Of a stretch of 64,000 bases of DNA, positions 13,491-31,640 are shown piece after piece. The DNA is taken from NCBI RefSeq assembly GCF_009914755.1, contig NC_060926.1; one strand, 5' to 3'. Under the pieces are notes generated by a model. It worked only from the letters and a program-made list of their open reading frames with translations, made no database searches and had not been told where the DNA came from. This stretch comes from the human T2T-CHM13v2.0 reference genome, Homo sapiens. A program made the position numbers and the translations under genes. Positions within the stretch are counted from its first letter, which is position 1. Each line of letters opens with the position of its first letter.

Positions 13491-13801
13491 TTTTTTTTTT
13501 TTTTTTTTGAGACAGAGTCTTGCTCGCTCATCCAGGCTGGAGTGCAGTGGTACAATCATGGCTCATTGGAACCCCTGCCTCCCAGGTTCAAGTGATTCTC
13601 CTGCCTCAGCCTCCTGAGTAGCTGGGACTACAGGCGCCTGCCACCATGCCTGGCTAATTTTTTTTTTTTTTTTTTTTTTTTTTAGTTGAGATGGGGTTTC
13701 ACCATATTGGCCAGGCTAGTCTCAAACTCCTGACCTTGTGATCCACCTGCCTTGGCCTCACCAAGTGCTGGGATTATAGGCGTGAGCCACTGCACCCAGC
13801 C
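13488..13801 (-). mobile_element. Alu (AluS-like)
   Basis: Dimeric Alu with long poly-T tail and linker. Confidence 0.9.
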
Positions 13802-14758
13802 TCCATGGCTCCTTTTTAAGCCTTGTGGTTCTCCCTGATGCCTATGAAATTTGGAAATAAGCCAGGATTTGGCCAGAGCTGGGAATCATCCACTCCGGGA
13901 TTTCTCTGCTTTTAGGGATTCCCCTAATTTCCAGCTCTTCTGTTAGAACTCGGAACTCTGAACTCCTGGTACTTTCACGTAGTGATCCTGAGTGTTTGTC
14001 CCAGTACTGTTTTTGTGCAGCTGCAGCTGTGGAGATAGACAGAACTCAGGGACCAAAAAGACAAAACAAAAAACAAACAAACAAAAAACCCACACACAAT
14101 TCTTTTCCTTTTCATGTGCAGGTTTTTTTAGAAACTCTCCTCCAGCTTCTGTTTTTGGATGTTTTATAGTGTCTTTATTTTTTTAAATACAGTTCTTATA
14201 ACTGTTTTCCCCTCTGGATTCACATGACGACTTCACTCCTTCACTATTACCAGAAGTAAACCACTACCCCTGTTAATGTCATTTTAATTATTTCTGTATA
14301 AAAATTCTCCAGAACATTGGCAGCCACTGATGGGTAAATGTGAAGGTCTATTTTCAGGTCCTGTCTTACTGCACTTCTCTCTCCATTGTTTGAAATACCA
14401 TGACTGTGCTGATGGTGCCCAGGTTCCATCTCCAGCACCAACATCTCTCCTCATGCTTGCTAACTGTCTATTCACACATTGCTTACCTTGCAGCCCTCTG
14501 GAAGAGCAGCCATTTCAAAAGACATGATGAGTACTTTAGACAACAAATCATCAGTTTCATCCCTGAGCTCCCTGAAGTCTCAAATACACTTCAGACAATC
14601 AGTGATTCATCTATGGGACTTTACATTGATAATAAATGTGAAGTTTTACTAATTTTCTTATTCTCCTTTCACAAAAGCAGAATCACAAAAGATTCAGCTT
14701 TTGTGGAGCCTGAATCTTACACAATTTGGAAAGTCTGTTTAAGGAAAAGTACAAAATT

Positions 14759-15084
<326 letters not shown>

Positions 15085-15765
15085 AGGAAAAGTACAAAAT
15101 TAAGAATACAAAGTTGCTAGGGCCCCTTTCAGGCCTTATAAAAGTCCCCAACTTTCATGTTTCAGTAGTGTCTAAATTTGCTTCGATTATCAAAAGTTCT
15201 GAGAAAATAATACTGTCTTATACGCACAAAGAACTTCATGTAAAGTTTCAAGTTTTTCATACATGTGCACAGAATCTCAATTGAGATTTGCATTTTTTAT
15301 ACCACAGTGTATCAGTAAATATTTATTAACTGAATTAACTGGCTTTTAAGTAATTTTAAGTCTTATAAGTTCGCTGTTTGGGTAAGATCAAACTAATCAT
15401 GTGCCTATATCTATTTCTGCAAATGGGCAAATATTTTGCTGGCAATGGATTATCTCCAGTTGCTCCAAAAGCTTTGAATCATTAGCCATGATGAATATTA
15501 GCCATGCCTGGATGCTTGAAAGGGCAGTTTTGCTTGAGTGAGACACACTGCTGTAACCCACCTCCCCCCAGAATCTAGAAGTGCTTCTCAAAGTGCTTGG
15601 TTCTAAAACAGCTTCCATCTCAGCTTGATCACACTCAGCCACCTTAGTCTTCCCCTCAGTGAACTTACTTCCCATCCCCTTACCTTACCTTCCAATGGCA
15701 CTTCTTCCCCAATCCTTAGTTATAATAACAAACTTAGAATATATCTTTTACTATCTTAAACTTAC

Positions 15766-16088
<323 letters not shown>

Positions 16089-16439
16089 TAAACTTACTTA
16101 TTAAACTACGTTTTGGCTGAAGCTGCTCTTCACTGGGCATCTGTCAAGAATTGAGGTCCACAGATTTGCAGTAAACCCTGCAGATATGACCACCGTCTCA
16201 TACCATCTCAAACACTAAATATTCATTTGCTGCCTCCCTTGACAAGTTATAATTAGCCACGTACCTCTGTAGAAATTAAGTCTATCTTTTGTGAGAGTCA
16301 CACTGTCAAGTTTTTAGCTCAAAGAATACTACGGAGAGGAATCTAGCTTCAGAGGGCAATGCAGAGCTGCTGTCAGTCAGAAATAATAGTTATAATTCAT
16401 AATAACTAAGGCTTGATCATTACTGATAGAAATTAACTC

Positions 16440-16760
16440 AGAAGAAGAGTGGCAGGGGAGAGGAATTGGGGAGACGTCAGCCAAAAGATACAGAATTTCA
16501 GCTGAACAGGAGAAATAAGTTCAAGAGATCTATTACGATACCATATGTTGACTACAGTTAATAACAATGTACTGTATTCTTGAAAACTGCTAGGAGAATA
16601 GATTTTAAGTGTTCTTACCACAAAAATGGTATGTGAGGTAATGCATATGTTAATTAACTTGATTTTGCCATTTCTCATTGTATACATGTTTCAAATCTAC
16701 ATATTGCACCTGATAAATTATATAAATGTTTGCTTGTCAATTAAAAACATAATTTTAAAG
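16440..16760 (+). mobile_element. L1MA-type 3' end
   Basis: aataagttcaagagatcta...gattttaagtgttcttaccac...gtgaggtaatgcatatgttaatt. Confidence 0.8.
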
Positions 16761-16957
16761 AAGAATGGATGAAGGCATAGGAGAAAGGGCATTTGAAATT
16801 GGAGTCTAAACTTTTTTTTTTAGGGAAGCAAACAAGCAACAAAATAGATTTCTGAGCTTAGTCCAACAAACATCTGCTTCCATCCTTGGGCTTATCCCTA
16901 AGTTGAACTTGACACTCAGGCTAACCTCAAAGCATTTGTTTTAAAAGATGGGAGGGA

Positions 16958-17206
16958 GGCCGGGCGCGGTGGCTCACGCCTGTAATCCCAGCACTTTGGG
17001 AGGCCGAGGCAGGCAGATCATGAGGTCAGGAGATCGAGACCATCCTGGCTAACACAGTGAAAACCTGTCTCTACTAAAAAATACAAAAAATTAGCTGGGT
17101 GGTAGCACGCACCTGTAGTCCCAGCTATGCGGGAGGCTGAGGCAGGAGAATTGCCTAGCCTAGGGGGCAGAGAGACACTCCGTCTCAAAAAATAAAATAA
17201 AAAAAT
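16958..17206 (+). mobile_element. Alu with an internal deletion in the right arm
   Basis: TSD aaaagatgggaggga. Confidence 0.9.
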
Positions 17207-17973
17207 AAAAGATGGGAGGGAAAAAGGACAGGCTTCCCAGTGCTTGTCTACTAACCTGGCTTAATGTCTCTTTAATGTTTATAAAACAAAGTTGATATAA
17301 AGTAATATAGCAAATATTTTTAATTATTAACTGACTAAAAGAGCATGCTATAGCTGTTAATTTCAAGTTCTTTAAAACTTTAAAATTCAAAGATTCATGA
17401 AAAGGCTTTTATTCTTTGGCTTCTTAAACTTCTTTAAGTACAACTTAAGTTATCATTATTAGATCCGCAAAGTTCGTTTTTTGTCATGAGAGAAATAGTA
17501 AACCTTTCCAATCAAAACACAGAGACTAAAATTAGTGTAAAATGTACACAAAATGTTAACTCTTTCACCAATAGCATTGATTTGTTCATATGCATATTAG
17601 GACCCAACAGCTAATCATGATCATTATGTGATCTTCCTATTTACATTATAATTTTAAATATTTTTTCTTCACTTACAACTTTATAAAATTTGATGATTTT
17701 ATTTATATATTTTTCAATGTAGAGAGCATATTATTCAGCTAAATGTCTATTAAGTGTAATAGAAATTAGTGTTTCTCAGCTAAATCAGTTGGAGATTTAG
17801 TCTCTTAAATTAGGTTGCTTTAGTGTGAGGTGGATTGCTAAACATAGGCTACAGTAATGTGAGGGAAACATACTTTGTCTATAGGTACCTGATCACAATA
17901 ATCTTACTTTTGTTTTTAAGAAAATCATATAAACTTCACATTGATTATCTCCAAAGCTAACAAATACAAATAC

Positions 17974-18092
17974 CTTAATCAAGAGAGGTTCATTCTGACA
18001 AGCTGCACTGGCATCTTGGAGAGCTTGCTCATAGTTCTTCATGGTCAAATATAACTCCGCCCGCAGCAGCAATAATGAATTATCATCAGGAG
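17974..18092 (-). CDS. LONRF2: LONRF2 coding exon 2 (TPR: APDDNSLLLLRAELYLTMKNYEQALQDASAACQNEPLLIK)
   Basis: ttcag|CT acceptor, AAG|gtattt donor, 119 nt, phases consistent. Confidence 0.96.
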
Positions 18093-18530
18093 CTGAAAGA
18101 CAGGAGGAATACAAATCAATAAAAATGACTGCATTTAAAAACAAGTAATCTTAATGTCATTACATATATTAAAGTGTATATATACATATGTATAAAGTAT
18201 AAATACAGTACAATACAAAATAAGTATAAAAACAAAATAAGAAAGAATTCCTCCCTCCAATCATATTTAGAGTTTAGTTATTTGATAAGTATATTTTAGA
18301 CAGCTCCTCTCAGGAAAACAGGAAGAAGATTAACAAGAATTGAAAAAGCACCAAGAAAAACAGACTGCCACTGAGTATTCCTACACACACACGAGCTACA
18401 TCATCTCCAATAATAAATTCAGCAACTGCTGAATCCTCTCACTGCTATAACTAGGTATTTTTAGAAGAGATTTAAAATAATTTTTATGAAAGTATGCAAG
18501 GAAATTCATGTTTAAGAAACAGAAAAGTAA

Positions 18531-18873
<343 letters not shown>

Positions 18874-19579
18874 TGATTTGTCCCCATAATTGTACCTACA
18901 GTATATTCTCTTAAGGAGGGAAAGGAAAAAAAAACTCCTTTCTCTGCATTCCTCAACAGCAGAGGTCCTGATAACAACTCACATGCTGCCACAGACTTAA
19001 GTCCAGCTACACAGAAGCCAAGACTGGCTCTCTCTTTGAACTGACTTGCAGTCTACGAAGTATTGACTTGGCAGGGTCCCATGGAAAAGGCTGGAAGCCA
19101 GACCTCAGAAAGGCAGAACCATCACAGCCATTTTCCATACTGTGGGGCCTGGCTCACTCTACCTTTGCCCACCTACGATCCTTGTAGGAGGGCTACAGCT
19201 ATGCATTTTAGTTCAACCACAAATTTTCTGAGCTCCTAAGATGTGTTCTCATCCCTCTACCTAATGTACGTTTTCAGTTTCCTCCAAAACCTTGACCTTG
19301 ATTCTTTTCAAACTACCCACTTGGTGCTTTCCAAATGCCACTAGCCTCCTTTTAGTTTATGTAGGTAACTGAGCAAGCATACACCGAAGAACTTACACAC
19401 AAAGATATTACATCAAGACATGGTGAAAAGTAACTACTTATAAATGTGTCATCACCACATATGTGTAATATAGAGAAAGTATAACAAGAAAAAAGTAGAA
19501 GGGGAAAGAAACAGCAAGAGTTAAACAATACAATTTGAATTATTAAGAGAGACATTGCTGGGTATGGATAACTGGCTAG

Positions 19580-20300
19580 AGCAGGTGGCAGAAACTTTTT
19601 TTCTGTAACAGGCCAGATAGTAACTATTTTAGGCTTTGCAGGCAAAGAGGCAAACTGAAGGATATCATATAGATACTTGCTTAACAAGAAGGAAAACAAA
19701 TTTTGACAGATTTCTTATTGACGCAATTTAAAATATGGTAACAATAATTTAAGTACTTTTTTGTAATACAGATAAACTAACGAGAAGAATGGAATTCTTG
19801 TTTGGGGAATAACATTTTTCTTAAGTTTCCAAGTTAGTGTTTCCTATCATCAAAACAACTGAAAATATTCATCTGTTAATTATGATCTAACATGAGATTT
19901 TATGTATTTCATCTTTGAAAATGCACATAGTAACTGTGAAAGTGCTGGCATCAATTCATATGATTTTAAATTGAGCATTTTAATTGCTGGGAAGACATTA
20001 TAGAATTCTATTAGATTCTCCTCACGGTATCTGCCTTTTTAGCATGTTATTAGATTATTTCCAACTAAAAGATTGGTGAAAATGCCTCAATCACACAGTT
20101 AAATGCATTTTGAAATATACAATTCTCCTTTGGAGATTTCCAAAAATCCAAAGGAGATTTGGGGAAAAAAATGTAATACTTACTATAATGCTGATTTTTT
20201 TCCACATCTTCCAAAGGAGATTTGGAAAAAAAAAATTTTGGAAAAAAAAAATGTGCTCCTGGAAGTATAGTTTTTTAGGCTTGGGTTATGCCTGCTGCAA
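19580..20300. mobile_element. hAT-Charlie DNA transposon remnant (MER58/Cheshire-like)
   Basis: 5' end aaactttttttctgtaacaggccagatagtaactattttaggctttgcaggc. Confidence 0.6.
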
Positions 20301-20329
20301 ACCTGTGTGAGAATGGCGATCTCATATCC

Positions 20330-21480
20330 TGTTTCCACTTGGCTACAGTTTCTTATTAGTCCAATCTGCCAATGGATTCTCTTGAATATTTTAAACAAGA
20401 ATGTCATGTGCAATTCACTCCTTTTCATTCTAGTATTTATACTCCTATTTCCTCATGCTCTCATATTGCAATAATAGTGACAGCATTTTCTCTTATTCTT
20501 GAATTTAAAAAGCATGTGTCTAATGTTTTAACATAAAATATGTTTGTTGTAAGTTTCTGAGAGAAAATATTTATCAAGTTAGGTGATTTCTCTCCCATTC
20601 CTAGTTTTCTGTAAGGACTTTATAACAAGTAGGTGTTGAATTTTATAGACTGCTTTCAGCATCTGAGAGATTACATATAGTTATCTCCTTCAACCTGATA
20701 TGGTGAATTACTCTGAAAGATTTGTCTAGTACCGAATTATCCTCATGGTCCTAGTATAAGCTCTTCTTGGTCTTAACTCCTATTACACTGCTGGACTCAG
20801 AATACTAAGAAATTTAATTAGGATTTTGACATCTATATACATATGTAAGACTAGCCTACACATTTTTTTTTCTTGTGCAAGCTTTACCTGATTGTGGTGT
20901 CAAGATTATACTAACCTTATTAAATGAGATGAAAATCTTCCCACATTTTTCTATGATCTGAAATAAGATGGAAATTAGTCACTGAAAGCTGTAAGGACTT
21001 TCTTGACCTTAGCGCCTTTTCAGCAGAAGAGAATCCCTGAGGAGCATCTCAATTTTTTTGAAGGCTTTTACTTCTTCATGGATAAATATTGATAATTTGT
21101 ATTTTCCTTAAAATTGTCCTTTTTATATAAGTTTTAAAATCTTTTATAAATATCCTTTTATATCCGCAATGATGCTTCTTTATTCCTTATGGTATTTATG
21201 CCTTGCTTTTTCTTGAACACATTTATCAAATATTTGTCCCTTAATGGCCTTGGCAATGAATCAGTTTCTCACCTGTTAACTAACTCAATTTTTTTCTGTT
21301 TTACTAATATCTTGTTCATTATTCCTTTGCTTATACTATCTTTGTGTTAGCTTAATTAATCCTGATAAAGTTTCTAGTGTTAAAAATACATTTCATTTAC
21401 ATTTATTTTTAATCATTCTTTTCTAATGAATACATTTAAGTCTCTACTCCTCACATTCTAAAGGGTGCTTTAACTGAAGT
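20330..21480 (-). mobile_element. Old L1M fragment
   Basis: L1 ORF2 antisense-like T-rich sequence. Confidence 0.55.
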
Positions 21481-21507
21481 CCAAATTTCATAAAATTCAC
21501 TTCCCAT

Positions 21508-21543
21508 CTACACTTGATCTTAGCCAAAAGGCCAAGAAACAAT
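21508..21543 (-). pseudogene. 3'-truncated U2 snRNA retropseudogene (U2 nt ~1-36)
   Basis: Reverse complement ATTGTTTCTTGGCCTTTTGGCTAAGATCAAGTGTAG matches the U2 5' end; flanking direct repeats cacttcccat / cacttctcat. Confidence 0.88.
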
Positions 21544-22077
21544 CACTTCTCATCTCGACACTGAATGAATCACTGTTTTCTTTGTTGACGTCCACCATTT
21601 GGTGATACATTTGTGAGGACAGCACTTCACAATTTAGTCTTTTAAAACACATAAAATAAATGCTTACACATTTTCTAAGGATTAAACCTTAGGCTCAACA
21701 AAACTAAAGGAGTTCTCCAAGGATCCCTCAAAACTAAGTGGAAGAGGAAGTGCAAATTATTAAAAGTCTTTGTGTAGAGAAAACATATGGAAGAAAAATG
21801 TACATATGTACTTTCCAAAGAATTGATGCAACATTTCAGTAGGTTCACCAATTAACCCCTCTATGGGGAAAAGTCATAAGAGGGCAGCCTAAGACCCAGG
21901 CTTTGAGAGGAAAAGAAGAGATGTCTACCACATCTGTGTTTAGGGTCGACCAAAGGCTGTTTTCCAACAGCAACCCAGAGCCACTGTTGTACTAGGAGCT
22001 AGGGTTACTGCTATAAAATCTATCAAATGTGTGCAGTGGTGAGAAATGGAGGATTACATGTTATTTTACACAAGTTA

Positions 22078-22465
<388 letters not shown>

Positions 22466-22469
22466 TTAT

Positions 22470-27250
<4,781 letters not shown>

Positions 27251-27417
27251 TAAATTCCACTCATAACTTATCGGCCAAAAGTAGTCACATGGCTCCACCT
27301 AATCACAAGTGGAGCGGGAAGTGCAATCCTACCTTGCCTGGGGAAGGTATAGAGATAGACCAGCACTAATGACTACCACACTTCGCTAAGGTCACATAAT
27401 AAATAAGCATCAGACAT

Positions 27418-28012
27418 CAGGTGTGGTGGCTCATGTCTATAATCCCAGCACTTTGGGAGGCTGAGGCGGGCAGATCACTTGACTACAGGAGTTGGAGATC
27501 AGCCCGGACAACATAGTGAAACACGTCTCTACTAAAAACACACGCAAAAAAAATACGAGGCATGGTGGTGCATGCCTGTAATCCCAGTTACCTGAGAGGC
27601 TGAGGCACGAGAATCACCCTTGAACCCAGGAGGCAGAGGTTGCAGTGACCGATATCATGTCACTGCAGTCCAGCCTGGGTGACAGAGCGAGACCTTGTCT
27701 CAAAAAAAAAAAAAAAAAGAAAAGGCCAGGCGTGGTGGCTCACACCTGATATCCCAGCACTTTGGGAGGCTGAGGCGGGCGGATCACAAGGTCAGGAGAT
27801 TGAGACCATCCTGGCCAACATGGTGAAACCCTGTCTCTACTAAAAATACAAAAATTAGCTGGGCATGGTAGTGCGTGCCTGTAATCCCAGCTACTTGGGA
27901 GGCTGAGGCAGGAGAATTGCTTGAACCAGGGAGTCGGAGGTTGTAGAGCCACGCCACTACACTTCAGCCTGGTGACAGAGCAAGACTCCGTCTTAAAAAA
28001 AAAAAAAAAAAA
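27418..28012 (+). mobile_element. Two head-to-tail Alus (27418-27722, 27724-28012)
   Basis: Two dimeric consensus copies with poly-A tails. Confidence 0.9.
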
Positions 28013-28219
28013 GTCAGAGCTTGGATCTAAACACAGGTATTTCTGATTCCAAACATCTGTGAACTTTTTTTTTAACTATATCAAAACCTCTTTAAAAGGG
28101 CTAATTTATTTTGAAATTAAATGTTTTCATAAAATTTTAAGCTAATCTTTGAATAGAAAAATGAATACATTCTATATAAGTTCTCATATGAATTTACTGA
28201 AATAGCCTATTTTAAAAAC

Positions 28220-28860
28220 GTTTAAATTAGATCTAATATATATACAGAAAAGCTAAAAATATAAGTATATAGTGCAATGAACTATTGCAAAGTGAACACA
28301 CTTGTGTATCCATCCCCTAAATCATGAAACAGAACATCACCACTACCCCACAGATCCCTCTCATACTTCCTCACAATCACTATTCCCTTTTCATCCCCCC
28401 AAGGTAACCATTGTCCTTACTTCTAACATCCTACAGTAATTTTGTCTGTTTGGGCTTACAGATAAATAGGATCATATAGTAAAAATGCTTGAGTCTGGCT
28501 TCTTCCACTTAACATTATGTTTGTGAGATTTGTCCACATTGTAGTTTGTAACTGTAGTTGATTTATTTTCTTTCTGTATAGTATGCTATGAAAACATAAT
28601 CATATATTCACCCCTTCTGCTCTTACTGGACATTTGGGTTGTGTGCACTTTTGGGGTATCTCTAACAATGACATACACTCTTGTATCTACTTGCACATTC
28701 TTTTGGGGGCACATATGCATATACCTCTTTGAAACTATTTGGCCAAGGACAGGCTTAACATCTGTAGATACTACCAAATATTCTTCAGGGGCATAATTTG
28801 CAGTCCCATTAGCAGCATATAAATATCACAGTTTTCATTTTTCTACATCTTCTCCAACAT
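28220..28860 (-). mobile_element. L1ME-like 3' fragment
   Basis: ggcttcttccacttaacattatgtttgtgagattt...ggacatttgggttg. Confidence 0.65.
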
Positions 28861-28879
28861 CTAAATACAGATGAAGTAT

Positions 28880-29140
28880 TTCTGATGAAAATTTGATGTT
28901 GGAATTGGGTAGTGCAGTAAATGCAAAATATATAACGAATTTCAAAGGCTTAGTTTAAAAAAGTAAAATCTCAATTATTTTTTAAAATTGAAGGCATGTT
29001 GAAATAATATTTTGGATGTATAGGGTTAAAAATTGCTAAAATAAATTTCATCTGCTTTTTTCACCCTTTTAATGTAGCTACAAGAAAATCCCAAATTATG
29101 TGTGGCTTACACAATAGTTCTAATTGGATAGTGCTGCTCT
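28880..29140. mobile_element. MER3/MER33-like hAT MITE
   Basis: catgttgaaataatattttggat...aatgtagctacaagaaaat...ttggatagtgctgctct. Confidence 0.6.
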
Positions 29141-30039
29141 AACACCATCAATACCTAAATTAGTAGAAAACTAAAAAATATGCCTGTTAAAGTATGGATA
29201 TGTTGGTTGCAAAAACTACAGAATACTCGTTAGAAAAGCTGAGTTAAGTGCTCTATTCCAGCAGAGAATATCCCAATTTAGATACAGATATTGAACACTT
29301 GTTCAATATTTGGATCTTTTTTTTTGCAAGACAAAATTGAATGCTAGTCACTTTATAATTTGTGCCTTCTAAAAGGGAAAACCTTAATCCTAAGTTTAAA
29401 ATAAAATGTGCACTGACTACAGCATGGTAGTAGATTATTTTAGTAACAAGAGATTCAACAAGTCTTCTCGGCTAGTGCTTTAAATCGTATATGCCCTATT
29501 ATAAAACCGGTGAAACCAGAAAGCAAACCGTCCTCCTCACACTGCCCAAAACAACTGCCAATAGAGCGCATACTCATATGTCAAAGCCAAAACGATGACA
29601 GAAGTTTGGTCTTCCTTTCAGCTAAATAGTGTTAACAGGTGGTGGCTGGGTGAAGGCAGGAGAGTGCCTGTTGCTGGCCTTAGGCCTCAGATAAATAAGG
29701 AAATGACTGAATGAACAATTTAAAACTACACACACTAGTCAGTGTAACTATCTAGTAAGTTAAATACGCCATGACATCTAATGATGGCCTCTGAGACAGA
29801 GAGCAGGCTAGAGCCGGAGCGTTTGACGTGATTACAGCAGAGTGGAGGCGGTTCCTTCCTGGCTATATTAGCTGAAACCCAAAGCAAATCTTGCCCCAGC
29901 ACAAGGCACCCCTTTCTGCGCCTGTAGTGTGTCAGCTATGTGCATTTTCCTTCAGGATGAGCAAAAATATTTCGTCATCCTCCCCGCTCCTCAACAGCGC
30001 AGAAGATGCCGAAAAGCAATTACAGGACCTTACAGAGCT

Positions 30040-31640
30040 GCTCCGGGGGCCGCGGGAAACTTACCAGCATCCTGGAAAAGACAAAACCAGTGGGGTGCAC
30101 TTGGCCTCTCCTGGCTGCAGAGTGTGGCCGCCCCCACCTTTCACCTTCCCATCCTTAGGAAGCAAAGTGACCCCTAAGCCTAGACAAAGCTCTCGAAAGC
30201 CCAAAGCCTCGGGCCCACCGGCCAGCTCCCCACCCCGCTGCTGGGCCGGACAGGTGTAGGGGAGGCGGACCCGCCCCGCAGCCGACTCACCCAGCTCCAG
30301 GGCCTGGTCGCACCTGAGCAGCGCGGCCTCCGGCTGCTGCTGGCGCTGCAGGCTCCGCGCCTGGCCTGCCAGCCTGCGCAGCCGGCACTCGGCCGGGAAG
30401 CACTTCTCCAGCAGGCCGCTCAGCACCACGTTCACGCGCCGCACCTGCGGCCGCGCGGGCCCTGGCTCCACGCAGCGCTTGCAGACTGTGAGCCCGCAGG
30501 GCAGCGTCACCGGCTTATGCAGCAGCCGCCGGCAGCGCGGGCAGCCGAGCAGGTCGCGGGGCGCGCGGGGCTCCGGGGCCGGCCCTCCCTCGCCGGGCGC
30601 CTCGGGCTCGCCGCCCGGGTTCTCCGCGGACAGCGGCCGCTCGCGCAGGCCCACGGCGCGCACCAGGCCGCCCGCCAGCTCTTCCAGCTCCTCCGGCCGC
30701 AGCGCCCCGAGCCGCGCGGCGCCGCGGAACGCGCCCAGGGCCTCGGGGAGGCGGCCGGCGCGGGCCAGCGCGTCCCCCAGCCTCAGGCACAGGCCGCGGT
30801 CCGGCTGCGCCAGCCCGGCTAGCATGGAGCGAAAGAGCTCGGCTGCCATCTCGTAGTCGCCCGCGCGGAAGGCCTCGTCGCCCTCCTCTAAGCGGTGGGC
30901 GATCGGCTCCGCGCGGTCGCAGCCAGGACACTGGGGCGGCGGCGGCGGCGGGACCGGCTCGGGGCTCATCACCGCGGGGCTGCGACGACGCGGGTCCGGA
31001 GCGAAGGCGCGGAGCAGGGAGGATGCGCTGCTGCTGGGAACTGGCCGGCGGGAGCGCGGTCTCAGCCCTCGCCAGCAGCCACGCGCGTCTGGGGGCGGCG
31101 CGCTGCGAGCGGCTGAGACCGCGGGCGGGGGCGGGCGCCTGGCTTGGGCAGCGTCCTCAGCGCGGTGTGGGCGGCGAGCCCCGCAGGGCTGCAATCGTTC
31201 CGGGGTGGGGGCCGGGACAGGCACCGCGGGCGCAATCTGAGCCCCTGCCCACGCGCAGCGGCCTCTCAGTCCCGCCGGCTTAGGTAACCCAGGTCGCTGC
31301 GGTAACGCAGTGACCGCGCTCCAGGTCCGCCTCTCTTGCGATGCTTCCCCCACTCGCCTGAGGGCCCCTGCGCGACTGCGCGCGCGTCCTCTGCCTGCCG
31401 CCTCCCCGCAGAGGTGCCGGGGCCCTGGGAGCAGGTGGCCTTGGCCGCGGGCTGCTGGCGCGCCGGCACCGCGGCACCTGCTCTTCCCCAGAGGCCTGGC
31501 CGCCCCCACAACCTGTGGCTCCGCTTAAGCGAGAACCCAGGAAAAGTCACCAAACGCATCACGCATCTCTAGCTTCGACTTAGGAAATTGTCCTAAATGA
31601 CTGGGGAGGCTGAAGTGGGCACCCAGAGGCCCCGCCTCAG
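30040..31640 (-). promoter_or_regulatory. LONRF2: CpG island covering the LONRF2 promoter, 5'UTR and exon 1
   Basis: Very high GC and CpG density, GC boxes (GGGCGG) near 31123-31137, no TATA seen. Confidence 0.92.
30291..30969 (-). CDS. LONRF2: LONRF2 coding exon 1 (Pro-rich N-terminus, TPR repeats, first RING-like C-x2-C...PCG...C-x2-C)
   Basis: ATG at 30969-30967 (MSPEPVPPPPPPQCPGCD...CDQALEL); donor CTGG|gtgagt; 679 nt, phase 1 matches exon 2. Confidence 0.97.

Noticed and set aside
20130-20255. Short repeats ccaaaggagatttgg-A(n), superficially repeat-spacer-like
   Set aside because: Only 2-3 irregular copies inside a transposon remnant in eukaryotic DNA; not CRISPR
30061-31509. 482-aa ORF as a single-exon gene
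   Set aside because: It is LONRF2 exon 1 plus GC-rich 5'UTR and read-through past the donor at 30290
30479-31572. Several overlapping ORFs in the CpG island
   Set aside because: Expected from stop-codon scarcity in GC-rich DNA; low-complexity Arg/Pro/Ala products
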